DNA from: an uncultured bacterium
Lineage (GTDB): Bacteria > Muiribacteriota > CAYSPT01
NCBI GenBank assembly: GCA_964593455.1
Contig: CAZQHK010000001.1
Coordinates: 150,708-214,707, forward strand
Length of the DNA stretch: 64,000 nucleotides
Direction of reading: 5' to 3'
How positions within the stretch are numbered: position 1 is the stretch's first letter; each line of letters opens with the position of its first letter. The notes beneath the pieces are model-generated. The model worked only from the letters and a program-made list of their open reading frames with translations, ran no database searches and had not been told where the DNA came from. Position numbers and translations under genes: made by a program. Of the stretch, positions 62,925 to 64,000 are shown piece after piece.

Positions 62925-64000
62925 ATGAAACGAAATCGTGAAAACATACTACTGCTTATATTCTGTACAATACTCGTACTGTCGCCGCACGGTTCGGCAG
63001 GCGAAACCGAATTGGTTTTGCGAGAGCCGGGAAACAACGCTATTGTAGATTCAGACACTCCGATCCTTACGTGGAGTGATTCAGGCAAGAAAATATACGA
63101 GGTCACGATCTGGGGAAAGAACGGTGCATTTGTGGTTCATCAGACCTTCGTTGAATCCTGTTTGTTCACTGTGCCCAAAGATGTTTTGGAGGAAGGGAGC
63201 ACCTATCTCTGGGCGGTCAAGGGAAGAGAGGAATTGAACGGTCCCGCCGGGACAGAGAGCAACCGGTGGGAATTCTCCGTCAAATACCGGGCCGGTGTTG
63301 AAAAACTGCCAGAATTTGCTAAAACAGGCAATACGCTGGTGGTTCCGGTGGCGTTCTCCGACAAGGATTTTTCTTCTATTGATCCACTTCAGGAGATACA
63401 GGATTTTTTAAATCCATGGGATACTAATCGGGGAAAACTTCGTGACGTCATCGATCGCAAGATGGCGGGACTCAAGGATTACTTTGAAATAGCGTCCGGA
63501 AACTCGTCTGACGTGAAACAGACTACGTATGATGTGGCTCCGGTGGTCAAGCTTAAAAATCCCAGAAAACACTATGCCGACGACAAACTTAAACCGGGGA
63601 AATATTTCTGGCATGCGTTGAGTAAACAGAATTGGCGGATCGACTGCGGTGATTTCCCGGGAAACCGTGAAGGCTTCGCCAAGCTCATGCAGGAAACCTT
63701 GAAAGATCTCTTTAAGCTTGGTATTCCGGTAACGGAGTACTATCATATCATCTATCTGGTGCCGGGTTCCGGAGGAAACATGCCGGGAAGTAACCAGGTA
63801 TGGCCGGCCACGTACGGTCCAAGCCCCCGGAGCAGGATTAAGTACCGGGAACTGGATGGAGAAGTCATAGGGTATAAAAGCGGTATTATCATGGGAATTA
63901 AAAATAATAGCGGCACTTTCTGCCATGAGTTCGGGCACGAGTTTGGTCTACCTGACCTTTATCCATATCCTTCTCACCCGAAACGTAATCTGAAATCTGC
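62925..64000 (+). CDS. Secreted M6-type (immune-inhibitor-A-like) zinc metalloprotease, N-terminal part (3' end beyond window)
   Basis: ATG 62925 lies 9 nt after GAGGT. Signal peptide. The HEFGHEFGLPDLY (HExxHxxGxxD) zinc motif near the window end is typical of the M6 family. The ORF is open to base 64000. Confidence 0.6.
   Translation, partial: MKRNRENILLLIFCTILVLSPHGSAGETELVLREPGNNAIVDSDTPILTWSDSGKKIYEVTIWGKNGAFVVHQTFVESCLFTVPKDVLEEGSTYLWAVKGREELNGPAGTESNRWEFSVKYRAGVEKLPEFAKTGNTLVVPVAFSDKDFSSIDPLQEIQDFLNPWDTNRGKLRDVIDRKMAGLKDYFEIASGNSSDVKQTTYDVAPVVKLKNPRKHYADDKLKPGKYFWHALSKQNWRIDCGDFPGNREGFAKLMQETLKDLFKLGIPVTEYYHIIYLVPGSGGNMPGSNQVWPATYGPSPRSRIKYRELDGEVIGYKSGIIMGIKNNSGTFCHEFGHEFGLPDLYPYPSHPKRNLKS

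Noticed and set aside
1-64000. CRISPR arrays, tRNA/rRNA genes, transposases/integrases/prophage genes
   Set aside because: No regularly spaced short direct repeats were found. No tRNA-like T-arm/anticodon-arm signatures and no rRNA-like stretches were seen. No protein has transposase, integrase, recombinase or phage structural motifs.

Overview
This 64-kb window is a chromosomal segment from a flagellated, LPS-producing (diderm) bacterium with about 50% GC. I found no rRNA, tRNA, CRISPR array, transposase or integrase. Coding density is high and most genes are on the + strand.

Gene content in order:
- 3' end of a flagellar rod/ring operon (flgG 3' part, flgA, flgH, flgI, flgJ-like rod-binding protein).
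- rsmA/ksgA cotranscribed with a secreted beta-barrel-like protein.
- malQ, a TIGR04076-like small protein, a hypothetical protein plus a GAF-HD-GYP phosphodiesterase, a GerW/YtfJ-like protein and an M50 site-2 protease.
- floA (flotillin-like), a STAS protein, a sensor kinase and a sigma-54 response regulator.
- apt, HEAT and TPR proteins, folC, an alpha/beta-hydrolase membrane protein, a Ser/Thr kinase and a PspC-domain protein.
- A 17-kb co-directional envelope supra-operon: hflK, hflC, kdsD, kdsC, lptC, lptA, lptB, DUF3084, wecA-like, holB, PSP1/RicT, lpxI, a Gfo/Idh/MocA oxidoreductase, lpxB, msbA, a second lpxB and a small K-rich protein.
- A divergent locus of three HEAT-repeat proteins (one fused to an RDD membrane domain, one to a PrsW intramembrane protease) around a radical SAM enzyme.
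- A lytic transglycosylase, korDABC (2-oxoacid:ferredoxin oxidoreductase), recO and an NSS-family sodium symporter.
- An ECF sigma / anti-sigma / EF-hand operon, a secreted Endonuclease I, and two translationally coupled beta-class DNA methyltransferases (one only 152 aa).
- The 5' part of an M6-type metalloprotease running off the window end.

Features not explained by the gene calls:
- A roughly 30-nt leader motif (ggtggtcccRccctcaagcaag...gtagaaag) sits immediately upstream of the start codons of flgI, the TIGR04076 gene and folC. It recurs inside an ~88-bp direct repeat pair at 3.6-4.1 kb.
- A second 29-bp dispersed repeat occurs at 8.5 kb and 60.2 kb.
- Two 10-bp perfect palindromes (AACTGCAGTT), 156 bp apart, lie in the divergent malQ promoter region.
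- Several textbook sigma-70 promoters and one bidirectional terminator are present.

The strongest candidates for an undescribed system are the HEAT/radical-SAM/RDD/PrsW locus (44-50.7 kb) and the tandem-methyltransferase plus Endonuclease I locus (60.4-62.8 kb). Both are hypotheses from domain composition and synteny only.

Start codons were refined from the ORF track using RBS spacing. End coordinates include the stop codon.
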